This document shows, piece after piece, positions 38,338 to 48,047 of a stretch of DNA of 64,000 nucleotides (its first letter is position 1; the number at the start of each line of letters is the position of its first letter). The stretch comes from Candidatus Ozemobacteraceae bacterium. GTDB taxonomy: Bacteria > Muiribacteriota > Ozemobacteria > Ozemobacterales > Ozemobacteraceae. The position numbers and the translations under genes are program-made. The DNA lies in assembly GCA_965140445.1 (NCBI GenBank), contig OZ223236.1:2112001-2176000 (forward strand). Reading direction: 5' to 3'. The notes under the pieces were generated by a model. That model was not told the origin of the DNA. It made no database searches and saw only the letters and a list, made by a program, of their open reading frames with translations.

Positions 38338-41265
38338 CTAGATCGTGGCTTGATCAGTGTTTGCCTGGTTGGTGATTATTAAAAGAGTCATGTCATCGTT
38401 TTCGGTTTCGTTACAAACACTTTTTATTTTCGAAGTGACGTTTTGATAAAAAGTTTGAGGGTTGTTATCAAAGCAATCAACCAGTATTTTTTGAAAGCCA
38501 TCCAGACCTATATTTCCTGTTTCATAGAATCCATCAGAATATAAAACCAATGCTTGACCAGATTTTAAATGGTAGCTTTGACTGTTTTTTATCTCAGCTT
38601 TGGAGGTCCCAAGCGGAGGATTTATCATTTCACAAAATCTGGTGGACAAATCGTTAGAGTCCACAATAATAGGGAAGCAGTGACCTGAATTTACATACTC
38701 AAAAACATTGCTGTCAGAATCAAAAACAATGCATTGAAAAGTCATAAATTTTTTCTGTTTTTTATTTTTGGTTTTTCGCAAAAGCCAATTTAATCTATTA
38801 ACTAGTGCAAGTGGGTTTCCCCATAGTTCTTTAAGTTGCAGAATAGCAGATTTTACATAAGCCATTATTAAGGAAGCGCCGACTCCATGACCTGCGACAT
38901 CTCCCAATACTATCGAAAGATGCTTTTGATCTATTTCCAGCAGATCAAAATAATCTCCTCCAAGGTCATTAAGCGATACTGTTTTTCCAAAAATTCTCAA
39001 TTGATTGCACTTTACAGGCTCATTTAATTGTGGAATCAATTTATCCTGAACCAAACTTGCTACCTGAAGTTCTTCCATATCCACAATGGTTTCATTGAAG
39101 ATCCTGGAAATTTCTCCAAATTCGTTTTGACCAAGGTCGGGGAGTCGATAATCAAAATCTCTTTTTTGCAATGCATTTACGCCTCGCTGAAGTTCGTAAA
39201 GTGGTTTGGTGATTGCTCCTGATAGGATTAAACCGAGACCAATGGAAACCATAATTACAAGAATTCCAAGCTTATAAAAAAGGTTTTTTCTTGTATTTAC
39301 TCTGTCCATAATCAACTCCTCTGGAATCAAAGCAATTACCTTTATATAATCAGCAGTTTGAAAATTTGCACCAGTAATGTAGTGGGGCTTGTCCTGCCAG
39401 ATAACTTTTTCCAGGTTTCCGTTGCTGGAATCTCTTAATTTCAGGAAATATGACATTATTTGTTTATTTGATAAGGCTTCTTCCGGAAGTACCATTCCTT
39501 CGCGGGGGAGGCTTAAAATTTTTATTCCGTAAGGGTTTCTGTTAAAGTCTGAGTAAAAACGCTTCATATAATCTGGTTGTAGCACGTAAGGTCTAAAGGA
39601 GTTTAAGAGAATGTAGTCTATTTTTTCAGATGAGAAATTTTTTATAAGTCGAATATAGGTTGGGAACATTCTTGCACCAAATCCCCAGTCCCATAATTTT
39701 CCAACCGAATTGTAGAAATCGTGCAAGATAGGCTCCGGTTCTTCATGTCCCATTGCATTAATTATCATTTCCAACCTGGTAAGAGCCTTGTTTGACAATT
39801 TTTCACTATTTAGTTCTGCCAAAAAGAATTTTCCTATTGAAAGAATGGCCGAAGCTTGTTTTATATCAGTGTTTCGAATGCGTTCCCATGAGAAGCTGGA
39901 TTCCAACTTGCCATTTTTCAAAATTCCTTTTCTGAATCCAAGATAAGACGTGTGACTACTAATCAGGAACATTGCTGTAGCTGTTCTATTTCTATTTTTT
40001 ATAAATTTTCCATAGCTTTTCTTCTCAATTCCCTTTTCTTTCAATTTTGGAAGGAGTAGTTGCAGGTCTTTTTCTAATTCTCTAATTTCATGTGTTTTTT
40101 GGCCAATTGACAGCTCATCTATGTTTTGCAGAAATCGTGAGCTTATTCTTTGAAGCGATAAAAGAGAATTTTTCTCAAATTCATTAAGATAATCCACTAC
40201 AATCCCAGATAAGGCAACGACTGGTATAATGCTGCTGGCAAGAAATAAAGATACAAACTGTAGCTTTATAGGGATTCTAAACCTGTTTCCGAACTGAATT
40301 ATCAGTAATATCAAGAAGCTTAAAATAAAATAGACTTCCAGAACCCTTAATTTATAGGAATTCATTTGAGAACTTATGCTACTTAATTCTTCACACTTTT
40401 TGTCAATAACAGCGGCTAAATAATAATCCTCCGAAATGCTTGAAACCAGGAAGATGTTCTTTGCGTCCTCTATCGTTTTAGAGTAAAAGACTGGACTCTT
40501 TTTCAACCGATCAATAAGTTTTTCAGGTAAATCGCCCTTTGCTAAATCAATCTGGGCTTTATTTATTAAATGGACTTCAAAAAGATCTGCGTTTTTGAGA
40601 TTTGTTTGTAAAATGGCATTTTCAAGTCCCAAGGTATCTCTGATGCTACTTTTATCTACAAAAACTGCGAGTCCAAAGTCCCCATAATTCAGGTTTAACC
40701 ATAAAAGCGGAGAGTCTTCCTCAAAGCTGGTTTCTGATAAATTTGTGCCATCAATCTTAAGTGATCTGTTTTCGGCTTCCGGGTAAAAAAGATTTCCGAA
40801 AACTCTTCTTAAAAGGAAAAAGCTTTTTTTATCCAGGTTTTGAAAATTCCAGGTTTGATGGTCCTTGCGTCTTAATAAAAATACGTTTCTTAAATCTTCT
40901 TTTGAGACATTTCTGGTGTATTTACTAAAATCCAGATTACCGTTTGAGTTCCATATCAGGTATTCAATTTTCAATTTAAGTTTATTAGAAAAATTTTCAA
41001 TTTTCTCTTTGATTTGTTTTGTATTTGAGCTTTGAAAAAGCGCTTTTTGGAAATTTGCAGCAATGAATTTTCTTGCGCTGGATTTCATCTGAATTTCACT
41101 TAAGTTTTGCCAGCCAAGGTCTGAAATTTCCTGAACCTTTTCATTAAGTGAAGTGAAGTTAAGATAGCTAATTCCTGGGAGAATTAGCGCTAGTGGAAGA
41201 AGCAACAAAAATATTGTTGGCAAGAGATTATTGTAATTTTTGCTTAGCTGTTTTTTGTTGCTCAT
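38338..41265 (-). CDS. Membrane sensor with HAMP and SpoIIE/PP2C phosphatase domain
   Basis: TM segments; HAMP (ITKPL..L..GV..L...DF..R....NEFGEI...FN); PP2C motifs GGDYFD, GDVAGHG, YSDG, DDMT. Confidence 0.9.
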   Translation of the reverse strand: MSNKKQLSKNYNNLLPTIFLLLLPLALILPGISYLNFTSLNEKVQEISDLGWQNLSEIQMKSSARKFIAANFQKALFQSSNTKQIKEKIENFSNKLKLKIEYLIWNSNGNLDFSKYTRNVSKEDLRNVFLLRRKDHQTWNFQNLDKKSFFLLRRVFGNLFYPEAENRSLKIDGTNLSETSFEEDSPLLWLNLNYGDFGLAVFVDKSSIRDTLGLENAILQTNLKNADLFEVHLINKAQIDLAKGDLPEKLIDRLKKSPVFYSKTIEDAKNIFLVSSISEDYYLAAVIDKKCEELSSISSQMNSYKLRVLEVYFILSFLILLIIQFGNRFRIPIKLQFVSLFLASSIIPVVALSGIVVDYLNEFEKNSLLSLQRISSRFLQNIDELSIGQKTHEIRELEKDLQLLLPKLKEKGIEKKSYGKFIKNRNRTATAMFLISSHTSYLGFRKGILKNGKLESSFSWERIRNTDIKQASAILSIGKFFLAELNSEKLSNKALTRLEMIINAMGHEEPEPILHDFYNSVGKLWDWGFGARMFPTYIRLIKNFSSEKIDYILLNSFRPYVLQPDYMKRFYSDFNRNPYGIKILSLPREGMVLPEEALSNKQIMSYFLKLRDSSNGNLEKVIWQDKPHYITGANFQTADYIKVIALIPEELIMDRVNTRKNLFYKLGILVIMVSIGLGLILSGAITKPLYELQRGVNALQKRDFDYRLPDLGQNEFGEISRIFNETIVDMEELQVASLVQDKLIPQLNEPVKCNQLRIFGKTVSLNDLGGDYFDLLEIDQKHLSIVLGDVAGHGVGASLIMAYVKSAILQLKELWGNPLALVNRLNWLLRKTKNKKQKKFMTFQCIVFDSDSNVFEYVNSGHCFPIIVDSNDLSTRFCEMINPPLGTSKAEIKNSQSYHLKSGQALVLYSDGFYETGNIGLDGFQKILVDCFDNNPQTFYQNVTSKIKSVCNETENDDMTLLIITNQANTDQATI

Positions 41266-44114
41266 GATAATCTTCTCAATATCAAAATACTTACGTCATC
41301 GTCAGGGTTTGGTGCCCATTTTTCATGAGCGGAATAAACATTTTTCCAAAATTTTTCCAGGTTTTCAGATTTACTTTGTTGGACTTCTTTTTGTAAGCGT
41401 TCAAAGCCGAATTGTTCGCCGTCCAAATTCATTGCTTCCACAATTCCATCAGAGTAAAAGAAAAGATAATCATTTGGAGCCAGAGTCCCTGAAACTACTG
41501 TGGATGGACGTTTAATTTTTACCCCAAGAGGCATGCCACAGACTTTTATATATTCAGCACTTTGGCTGTCATTTTTTAAGTGGATTGGGAAGCATTGGCC
41601 TGCGTTTGCCATTCTAAAATCTCCTGATGACAAGTCCAGCTCCATGCAAATTAATGTCATCATTCGGTTCCAACCCTTTTTCTTTAAATGAAGAAATACT
41701 TCATTGCAACGATATATCAAATCAGATGTAGAAATTTCGAAATCGATGTTGGCAAAGACCGCTTTTACCATCGACATTAAAATGGCGGCAGGAACGCCAT
41801 GGCCAGCAACATCCCCAAAAATTATTAAGGCTTTACCATTTTCAATGAAATAGTCAAAGTAATCTCCCCCCATTTTGGTCATAAAGATGGATTTAGCAAA
41901 AATTTCAATCTGGTCATTTTTATAGTTACAATCAGGGAGAAGTCCATTCTGGACAGAATTAGCAACCGCAAGATCACTCATTCCTTCCAGGGCTGTATTC
42001 ATTGCTTTCATCAAATCGCCGTATTCATCATTTGGAGGAGAAGGAATCTGGAATCTGAAGTTTCTCTCTGAAATAGCTTTTATGCCACTTTCAACCTTTC
42101 TGATTGGGGAAAGCAAGGTGTTAGAGAACCTGGCAAGCATCAAAAAAGCTATAAAAACAATCAGAAGAATTATCCCGAACATTCGGTTTCTAAGAGAATC
42201 TATTTCTGAGATCAATTCGCTAGAGGGATAGATGTGCAACAGTACAGCTTTTGTTAAGTTCGCTCCTGTCATAGCCGCAGCAACAAACGGTGCTCCATCA
42301 ATCTCCAGGCTATCTTTAAAAGCGAATTTGCGCGAAATTACTCGGTGCAACAGTCTTTTTAAATTTTTATTTTTTGAATAAAAATCAGGGAAAACCATTT
42401 CAGTGGCTTTTTCCATTACAATGATTTTTCCTGGTTTTATTGATTGGTTGAATTTTTTTAGTTCCTCATTTAAGAAAGTTCTTTGAAAGGCTTCCACATC
42501 CCAGCTACAACAAAATATTGACCAGGCTTGATCCTTAGATTTTGTTCTAAGTATTTGAATGTAAATCCATTTTTTATCGCTGCCCACATGTCTTGGGGAA
42601 ATTTTTCCAAAATCGTGCATTAACTCGTAAAGAAAATCTTCTTCATTAGTAAAACCCTGAGAATCAAAATCTGAATATCTAAACATAATTTTGTTTGATT
42701 TGTTAATTGCTTCTAAAATCTTGGAAAAATAGGTAACAAGCCTTAGCCTTGATTTATCTTCTAAAGAAGAGCCACCAGAGACAAAGATTTGTTTGTTCTC
42801 TCCCAGCAATGCAAACTCGCTTGGGTTTAAACTTGTGACAAAACTTTCCATCTCTGCCAAAGTTGTTTGATCCCAAACCTGTCTTGAGCATGCACTTTCC
42901 AGATCCTTGATTTTTCTATTTAGTCTGTCTGCCAATGATTTTGTTGTCATAGGAAGCCTGGAGTCAAAATCCTTTAAAATGCGTATTGACTCGGAATGTG
43001 TCTGATTTACCAAAGATTGCTGTTTAAATTGGAAATACTCCAGGCTGGTTGATATTAAAATTATTAGAGGCAGGCCATTGGCAAATAGTAAAAGCAACCA
43101 GAGGCGAGTTTTTATTTTTAAACTAAATGCGCCTGAAGTAAGGCTATAGCAATAAAAGATAAATATAAGAACAGAAAAGATGCTTGCTAACAAAAATAGC
43201 CATTTGTTTTTATGAATTTCATAAGGGGTTAGAAAATTTTTCTTTTGCAGATAGCTAAAAAGCAAAATTCTGGGAGATGCCAGGCGAAAGTGAATAAGAT
43301 AGTTTTCATTTTCCTGCAACGAAAAGGTGGATTTAAAAAAATTTATTGCCTCAAGCTTAAACGGAATTTGATCCGTTTTTGCCAATCCAAATGGGGTGTA
43401 GTCTGGTAGCAGAAAAAAGCCAAGCTTGATCAAACTTCTACTTCTGTTTGTCCGGTTAACAATGTATCTGGCGCCAATGTTTTTTCCTTTGAATTCCTGT
43501 GAAATCTGGCAGCAGAAAGTAAAGTTTTTGCCTGATTGAAACCATAAAAAACCTTTATCTTTATCAACGCTAACAGAAAGTGCTGAACCCAGATGGGCTT
43601 CATAAAATGGCTGACAAAGAAGGTTTAAAGGGAGGAAACTTCCAATGTAGCTTCTGAAAAGTTTAAGGTTCTTTTGAAGAGATGGAATCTGTCCGGGAGT
43701 TGGTGGAAAAGTCTCAGCAAAGTGCTTTTCCAGAGTTTTTATTCCTTCAAACCATTTCTTAAGTATGTAAGCGAATTTCTTTTCATCTGTTAACGACTTA
43801 ATTATTTTCCCATTTTTGTCCCAGAAGATTTGCTTTATTTTGCCTCTGAAAATTTTTTTCAGGTTTCTTTTTAACTGGGCAGGGGCATTTTTGCTATCAG
43901 CTTTTCTAAACTCTTTTTGTAATAAGTTGTGGAAAAAAACAGGATCTTCATGAAAGTCAATTAACGGATCAATTGCTTCTTCAAGTAGAGTCGAGGCCTT
44001 TTTGTAATCATTCTGAAATTTAAGTTTGTAGTGGCTTTCTATTCCTAAATTAACTAGATAGAAAGGTATAACCAGAAGGAAAAGAACTCTGGCAAGCCAA
44101 TTTAACAAAATCAA
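41262..44114 (-). CDS. Membrane sensor with HAMP and SpoIIE/PP2C phosphatase domain (paralog)
   Basis: Same architecture with GGDYFD, GDVAGHG, ANAG, YSDG and DDDVS. TTG start (44108 fits the GGAG spacing better). 4-nt overlap with the downstream paralog. Confidence 0.9.
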   Translation of the reverse strand: MILLNWLARVLFLLVIPFYLVNLGIESHYKLKFQNDYKKASTLLEEAIDPLIDFHEDPVFFHNLLQKEFRKADSKNAPAQLKRNLKKIFRGKIKQIFWDKNGKIIKSLTDEKKFAYILKKWFEGIKTLEKHFAETFPPTPGQIPSLQKNLKLFRSYIGSFLPLNLLCQPFYEAHLGSALSVSVDKDKGFLWFQSGKNFTFCCQISQEFKGKNIGARYIVNRTNRSRSLIKLGFFLLPDYTPFGLAKTDQIPFKLEAINFFKSTFSLQENENYLIHFRLASPRILLFSYLQKKNFLTPYEIHKNKWLFLLASIFSVLIFIFYCYSLTSGAFSLKIKTRLWLLLLFANGLPLIILISTSLEYFQFKQQSLVNQTHSESIRILKDFDSRLPMTTKSLADRLNRKIKDLESACSRQVWDQTTLAEMESFVTSLNPSEFALLGENKQIFVSGGSSLEDKSRLRLVTYFSKILEAINKSNKIMFRYSDFDSQGFTNEEDFLYELMHDFGKISPRHVGSDKKWIYIQILRTKSKDQAWSIFCCSWDVEAFQRTFLNEELKKFNQSIKPGKIIVMEKATEMVFPDFYSKNKNLKRLLHRVISRKFAFKDSLEIDGAPFVAAAMTGANLTKAVLLHIYPSSELISEIDSLRNRMFGIILLIVFIAFLMLARFSNTLLSPIRKVESGIKAISERNFRFQIPSPPNDEYGDLMKAMNTALEGMSDLAVANSVQNGLLPDCNYKNDQIEIFAKSIFMTKMGGDYFDYFIENGKALIIFGDVAGHGVPAAILMSMVKAVFANIDFEISTSDLIYRCNEVFLHLKKKGWNRMMTLICMELDLSSGDFRMANAGQCFPIHLKNDSQSAEYIKVCGMPLGVKIKRPSTVVSGTLAPNDYLFFYSDGIVEAMNLDGEQFGFERLQKEVQQSKSENLEKFWKNVYSAHEKWAPNPDDDVSILILRRLS

Positions 44115-44216
44115 ACTCCATTACATTTGTATGTTCATGCTTGTCTTAACCTGAATTTTAGTTAATATCAATCAGATTAAGACAAGCTTTGGGTTAGCTG
44201 TTTCTACGATTAAAGT

Positions 44217-44567
44217 TTATTCAGACCAAATTGCGTAATCATTTCCGTCAGATGTTCTGAAATGAAAGCGTCTTCCCCCAGGGAATGTGTATATTTCTCT
44301 GGTAATCTCTGCTCTAAGACTTTTTACTTTTGCAAGAGTGTCTTCAAGGTTTTTTGTATAAAAAATAATCAAAACTGATCCTGTTTCTGTTTGCGATGGA
44401 ACTTCAGATTTGTAAAATCCTCCGGTTATTCTCCCATCGTCAAAACATGTATACTCAGGTCCGTAATCCGCAAATTCCCACTCCATTAACTTACCAAAAA
44501 AACTTTTGGCCACATCAAGATCTGTAGTAGGAATTTCTATGTAATCTATTTTTCTATCGTTTGGCAT
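44217..44567 (-). CDS. VOC/glyoxalase family protein
   Basis: KIDYIEIP..D....K.FF, DYGPEY and FPGGRRFHF...GN...IWSE; GAGGAG RBS. Confidence 0.9.
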   Translation of the reverse strand: MPNDRKIDYIEIPTTDLDVAKSFFGKLMEWEFADYGPEYTCFDDGRITGGFYKSEVPSQTETGSVLIIFYTKNLEDTLAKVKSLRAEITREIYTFPGGRRFHFRTSDGNDYAIWSE

Positions 44568-44785
44568 ATTTTTCTCCTCATCAAATTAAAACAGACATAC
44601 AAGCAAATTTCTCAAGCCTGCATTAAACCATAATTCTCATTATATGCCTTTGAACAATTATGAGCAATCAAGAGGATAATTTTGTCGTAAAATCGTTAAA
44701 AGATGGCTGGTATGAAGAATGCAGCAAGGCTATAGTTGTTTTTTAGCAATTTTGTTATGATGCTGGTCATAAAAGGAGAAAAATT

Positions 44786-45097
44786 ATTAAAGCTTTTACT
44801 GAAAGTGTTATTACCGCAATCCAATCAATAGAGTCGGGCTATGTGGCTTCTTATTCTCAAGTTGCTGCTTTTGCAGGTAATCCAAAAGGAGCTCGCCAGG
44901 TTAGTCGAATTTTGCATTCATGCTCTAAAAAACATTCCCTGCCTTGGCATAGGGTTATAAATTCAAGAGGAATGATCTCATTGGGGGGAATTGGCGGGGA
45001 AGTCCAAAAACAGATGCTTTTGGATGAAGGCGTAGAGTTTGATGAAAGTGGAAAAATTGATTTAACAAAATTTGGATGGTATAACCAGCAAAATTAA
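44786..45097 (+). CDS. Alkyltransferase-like (ATL, MGMT family) protein; probable ATT start
   Basis: PWHRVINS motif (Trp in place of the catalytic Cys) and ARQV. Homology extends upstream of GTG 44843 (AFTESVITAIQSIESGYVASY) to ATT codons after AGGAG. Confidence 0.8.
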   Translation: MKAFTESVITAIQSIESGYVASYSQVAAFAGNPKGARQVSRILHSCSKKHSLPWHRVINSRGMISLGGIGGEVQKQMLLDEGVEFDESGKIDLTKFGWYNQQN

Positions 45098-45120
45098 TTT
45101 TAAAGCTGATCTCCCAGTCT

Positions 45121-45705
45121 TCAAGGAGTTCCTGGCATTGAGGGATTTTGTTTGGGATTTTCTTTTGGCGGCTCTCTTGATGGCCCGGTATTTTTGAAAA
45201 CCTTGTTAAATGTGGGAGTTTCTATTTTTTCCTTAGTGAAGTCGATGGTTTTTATGCTTTTTTTTCTTTTTATCTCTTCAAGCACAGCTTTAAAGGGTTT
45301 TACTTCTTTGTAGTTTTTCGGATCCCAAAATGAAAGTACTTCAAAATCGTCGTGCTTAAAAAAGTAGTTCTTCAGGTCATTAATATATTCCAAAGGCACA
45401 ATTCCACTTTTGAGAACCAAAAAGAATTGTTTCAATGATTCCTCTGAACCAATTTCTCTCAAAGCTATCATTCCGCTTTTAAACTCTACCTTTTTCTGGT
45501 TCCCTGCAAGCATTTTTAAATGCTCTCTTAAATAGTCTAACTGATGGGGATTTGAAGCAACGAGTTGGGTGGTTATGGTAATTGCTTTTTCAAAATCACC
45601 TTCGTAAAAAAGTTCATTGTATTGATTTACAAGATCAATACTTACCTGTGAAAAGGCGCTTATATGAACTGAAAAAAAGAAGATTATAAATAGAAGTTTT
45701 TTCAT
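45121..45705 (-). CDS. Hypothetical exported protein (TPR-like N-terminal helices)
   Basis: Signal peptide MKKLLFIIFFFSVHISAFS; GDFEKAI...NP TPR-like segment. Confidence 0.6.
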   Translation of the reverse strand: MKKLLFIIFFFSVHISAFSQVSIDLVNQYNELFYEGDFEKAITITTQLVASNPHQLDYLREHLKMLAGNQKKVEFKSGMIALREIGSEESLKQFFLVLKSGIVPLEYINDLKNYFFKHDDFEVLSFWDPKNYKEVKPFKAVLEEIKRKKSIKTIDFTKEKIETPTFNKVFKNTGPSREPPKENPKQNPSMPGTP

Positions 45706-45818
45706 CAAATCCTTCTTCAGACTTTATTTCTAATAATAACTCAAACAGGAATTCTGCTCAACTTTTGCTTTCAAATTTTCTTTTGGACTGGCATGATGAT
45801 TTGGATTGGTGGACAAGC

Positions 45819-46400
45819 CTAAAAAAGAAGAGGCTTGTTTGTAATGGCAAGTGCAATGTCGTCTCCTGAATAGCTTTTATCGATGATTTTTTCCCATTCG
45901 TCAAATTTTGTGTCAACTCCTGCAGACCATAGCCAAAGTTTGTTATCAAAAAAAACATATTTAATTGGATTCCCAAAGCTGTCTTTCATAAGGTTTTCGG
46001 GTAGGGTTTCCAGGTATGGGCCTTTCCATTTTTGCTTATAAAGCTCCTCGTCCATTCCCTGCCATGGAAAAGCTTTCTGAAGATGCCCAACTTTATCTGA
46101 CACAAGCACATTTGAATTTTCTGTAAAGCCAAGAATCAAATCCTGTGAATAGTTAAGGTTAGATTCGCTATATTTTTCTCCGATGTGGGGAAATCGGCCT
46201 ATGTCTTTCTGGTAATTTATCAGAGCGGAGCGCAGGTCATACATGATTGCCTTTGTTGAACTTCTTAGTCCGACTGGGGTACTCACTCCAAGCTTTAATC
46301 TTGGAATAACAAACATAAAGAATGCAACGGTAGCAAGAAGAGCTAAAATTATCAGCACTCCTTCTCCCGGGCCAGAGCTTTTGTTTGAGCTAGTCTCCAT
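45819..46400 (-). CDS. Type II secretion pseudopilin GspG-like protein
   Basis: L..AL..Y..DIGRFP, WKGPYL, D.FGNP..Y and WSAG.D...GDDI motifs; single N-terminal TM. Confidence 0.75.
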   Translation of the reverse strand: METSSNKSSGPGEGVLIILALLATVAFFMFVIPRLKLGVSTPVGLRSSTKAIMYDLRSALINYQKDIGRFPHIGEKYSESNLNYSQDLILGFTENSNVLVSDKVGHLQKAFPWQGMDEELYKQKWKGPYLETLPENLMKDSFGNPIKYVFFDNKLWLWSAGVDTKFDEWEKIIDKSYSGDDIALAITNKPLLF

Positions 46401-46402
46401 AG

Positions 46403-48043
46403 CTAATTTTTACTGATTCCAGTTTTTTCTAAACAAATTCGGTAGCCCATCAAAAAAGCAGCATCAAAATCTATTTGCAAAACAATTTCATCCCCATCAA
46501 TTGTCTCAAAATTACAATTTGGAGCTCCTGTTGCAAGAAGACCAGCCATGCCAATGTTGTTTCTGGAAATCAAAACGAAATTTCTTTCTGGAGAAAACTT
46601 GTTTCGCAGAAATACTGTTGCTTCTGCCTTTCCAGAGCGGCCAAAATAACCATCTTTGTTAAATTCCATGCTGGTAATATCTAAGTCTCCCAGTGCCGCT
46701 TCAAACTGGACAAAATGCATTTTCGGGGGAAGGTCGATATGGAGCCGTCCCATTGAATCAAGCGATGCGCCTTCTCCTGGATCATTTGTAAGAGTAAACT
46801 TTGCTTTTTCTGGGAGCTGAGAAAGTTTTTCTTTTCGCAGCATAGTTCTGGCACCTAGCAAAATGGCACCGGGAAATTGCCCTCCAAGTCTAGCTCCTCC
46901 TCCAAATAAAGGCACAAGTAAACCTTTTTCAATATCGTTAAAGGCTGTTTCAGGCGTAAAAATTTTTTCAAGGAACTGCGGATTTTTGTAATCTGGGATA
47001 AAAACTAGCTCTAACTCATGGATGTTAGCAGTAGTTTTAGAAAATTCGCCCTTTCCAATATTGGTAAGGCGAAATTTCTCACCGTAGATCATACCAAAAG
47101 TTCGTAGGCCATTATGCAAGGTTTCATCTTCCGGATTAGTTTTTGGACGTATTTCTGAGAATTTAGCCTTGCTGCTACGATCTACCCACTTATGCCATAA
47201 GCCAGTTGCTTTGTTTTTTAACTCGCAAAGAATATATGCGGCATTTGGATCAAATGCTTCTGGGTCCTCTGGATTTACAGCCCGGGAAGGGTCTTTTCTA
47301 TGCTTAAGAACGGCATATAATAAATGCTTGTTCTGAAACTTTTTTGGAATCAAAAAGTCAAAAGAATGGTTTTGTTCTAACTCCAAACCTTTTGATGAGT
47401 CTAGTGTGTATCTTATTGCCATGCTATTAAGCTGTTTATATCTCTTGAATAACTTAATGTTTTCTTTGGGAACTCTATTGCCTTCTCCCAAGAATGAAAT
47501 TCCAACTTTATGGATGTAACTAGCCGCAAGATTTTTATTGCCTGTTGCATGATTTTCAACTCTAAGTGCGTCGACCAAAAAATCACCTACAAATTGTGGA
47601 AAATTATACAGGGTGTTTTTTTTAGGTTTGGTTGGAAGTCTATTCGCAGATCTTTTATCTGATCCGAACTGATCTTTCCATGTTTTCCATTGATCATTTT
47701 TCAAGTCGTGGGCTTTTACTCTTATCCATGGATTACTTTTATCCATTCCATTTTGATCTGGGTCAAAATACAAAGGATTCTTCCTATGCTCAATGTATAC
47801 GTAGTTAATCTTTCTTGTCTTGAATTTTTGAGGAATTAGAAATTCGAAATATTGATCTGGTGGTAATTTTAATCCACATCTTGATTCTGAAATATACTCA
47901 ACCGTATCAATATCAAGTTCTTTCCATTTTTTAAACTGGTGCCTTTTAATTAAGGGGCTGTTTTCTTCTGAAAGCAGCATACACGCAGAAGAAAGCAACA
48001 ATGCGATGGTTGCAAAAAGAAGCTTTGATAGTATTTTTTTCAT
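46403..48043 (-). CDS. Hypothetical exported protein with a tandem internal domain duplication
   Basis: Signal peptide (possible lipobox LSSAC); two ~130-aa repeats. Confidence 0.65.
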   Translation of the reverse strand: MKKILSKLLFATIALLLSSACMLLSEENSPLIKRHQFKKWKELDIDTVEYISESRCGLKLPPDQYFEFLIPQKFKTRKINYVYIEHRKNPLYFDPDQNGMDKSNPWIRVKAHDLKNDQWKTWKDQFGSDKRSANRLPTKPKKNTLYNFPQFVGDFLVDALRVENHATGNKNLAASYIHKVGISFLGEGNRVPKENIKLFKRYKQLNSMAIRYTLDSSKGLELEQNHSFDFLIPKKFQNKHLLYAVLKHRKDPSRAVNPEDPEAFDPNAAYILCELKNKATGLWHKWVDRSSKAKFSEIRPKTNPEDETLHNGLRTFGMIYGEKFRLTNIGKGEFSKTTANIHELELVFIPDYKNPQFLEKIFTPETAFNDIEKGLLVPLFGGGARLGGQFPGAILLGARTMLRKEKLSQLPEKAKFTLTNDPGEGASLDSMGRLHIDLPPKMHFVQFEAALGDLDITSMEFNKDGYFGRSGKAEATVFLRNKFSPERNFVLISRNNIGMAGLLATGAPNCNFETIDGDEIVLQIDFDAAFLMGYRICLEKTGISKN

Positions 48044-48047
48044 TGTC

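Noticed and set aside
44660..44746. 28-codon ORF in frame with the ATL gene, separated by one TAG (possible read-through or pseudogene)
   Set aside because: It has no RBS and no similarity to Ada/Ogt N-terminal domains that I can see. A promoter and SD lie downstream of the TAG, which favours an independent ATT start.
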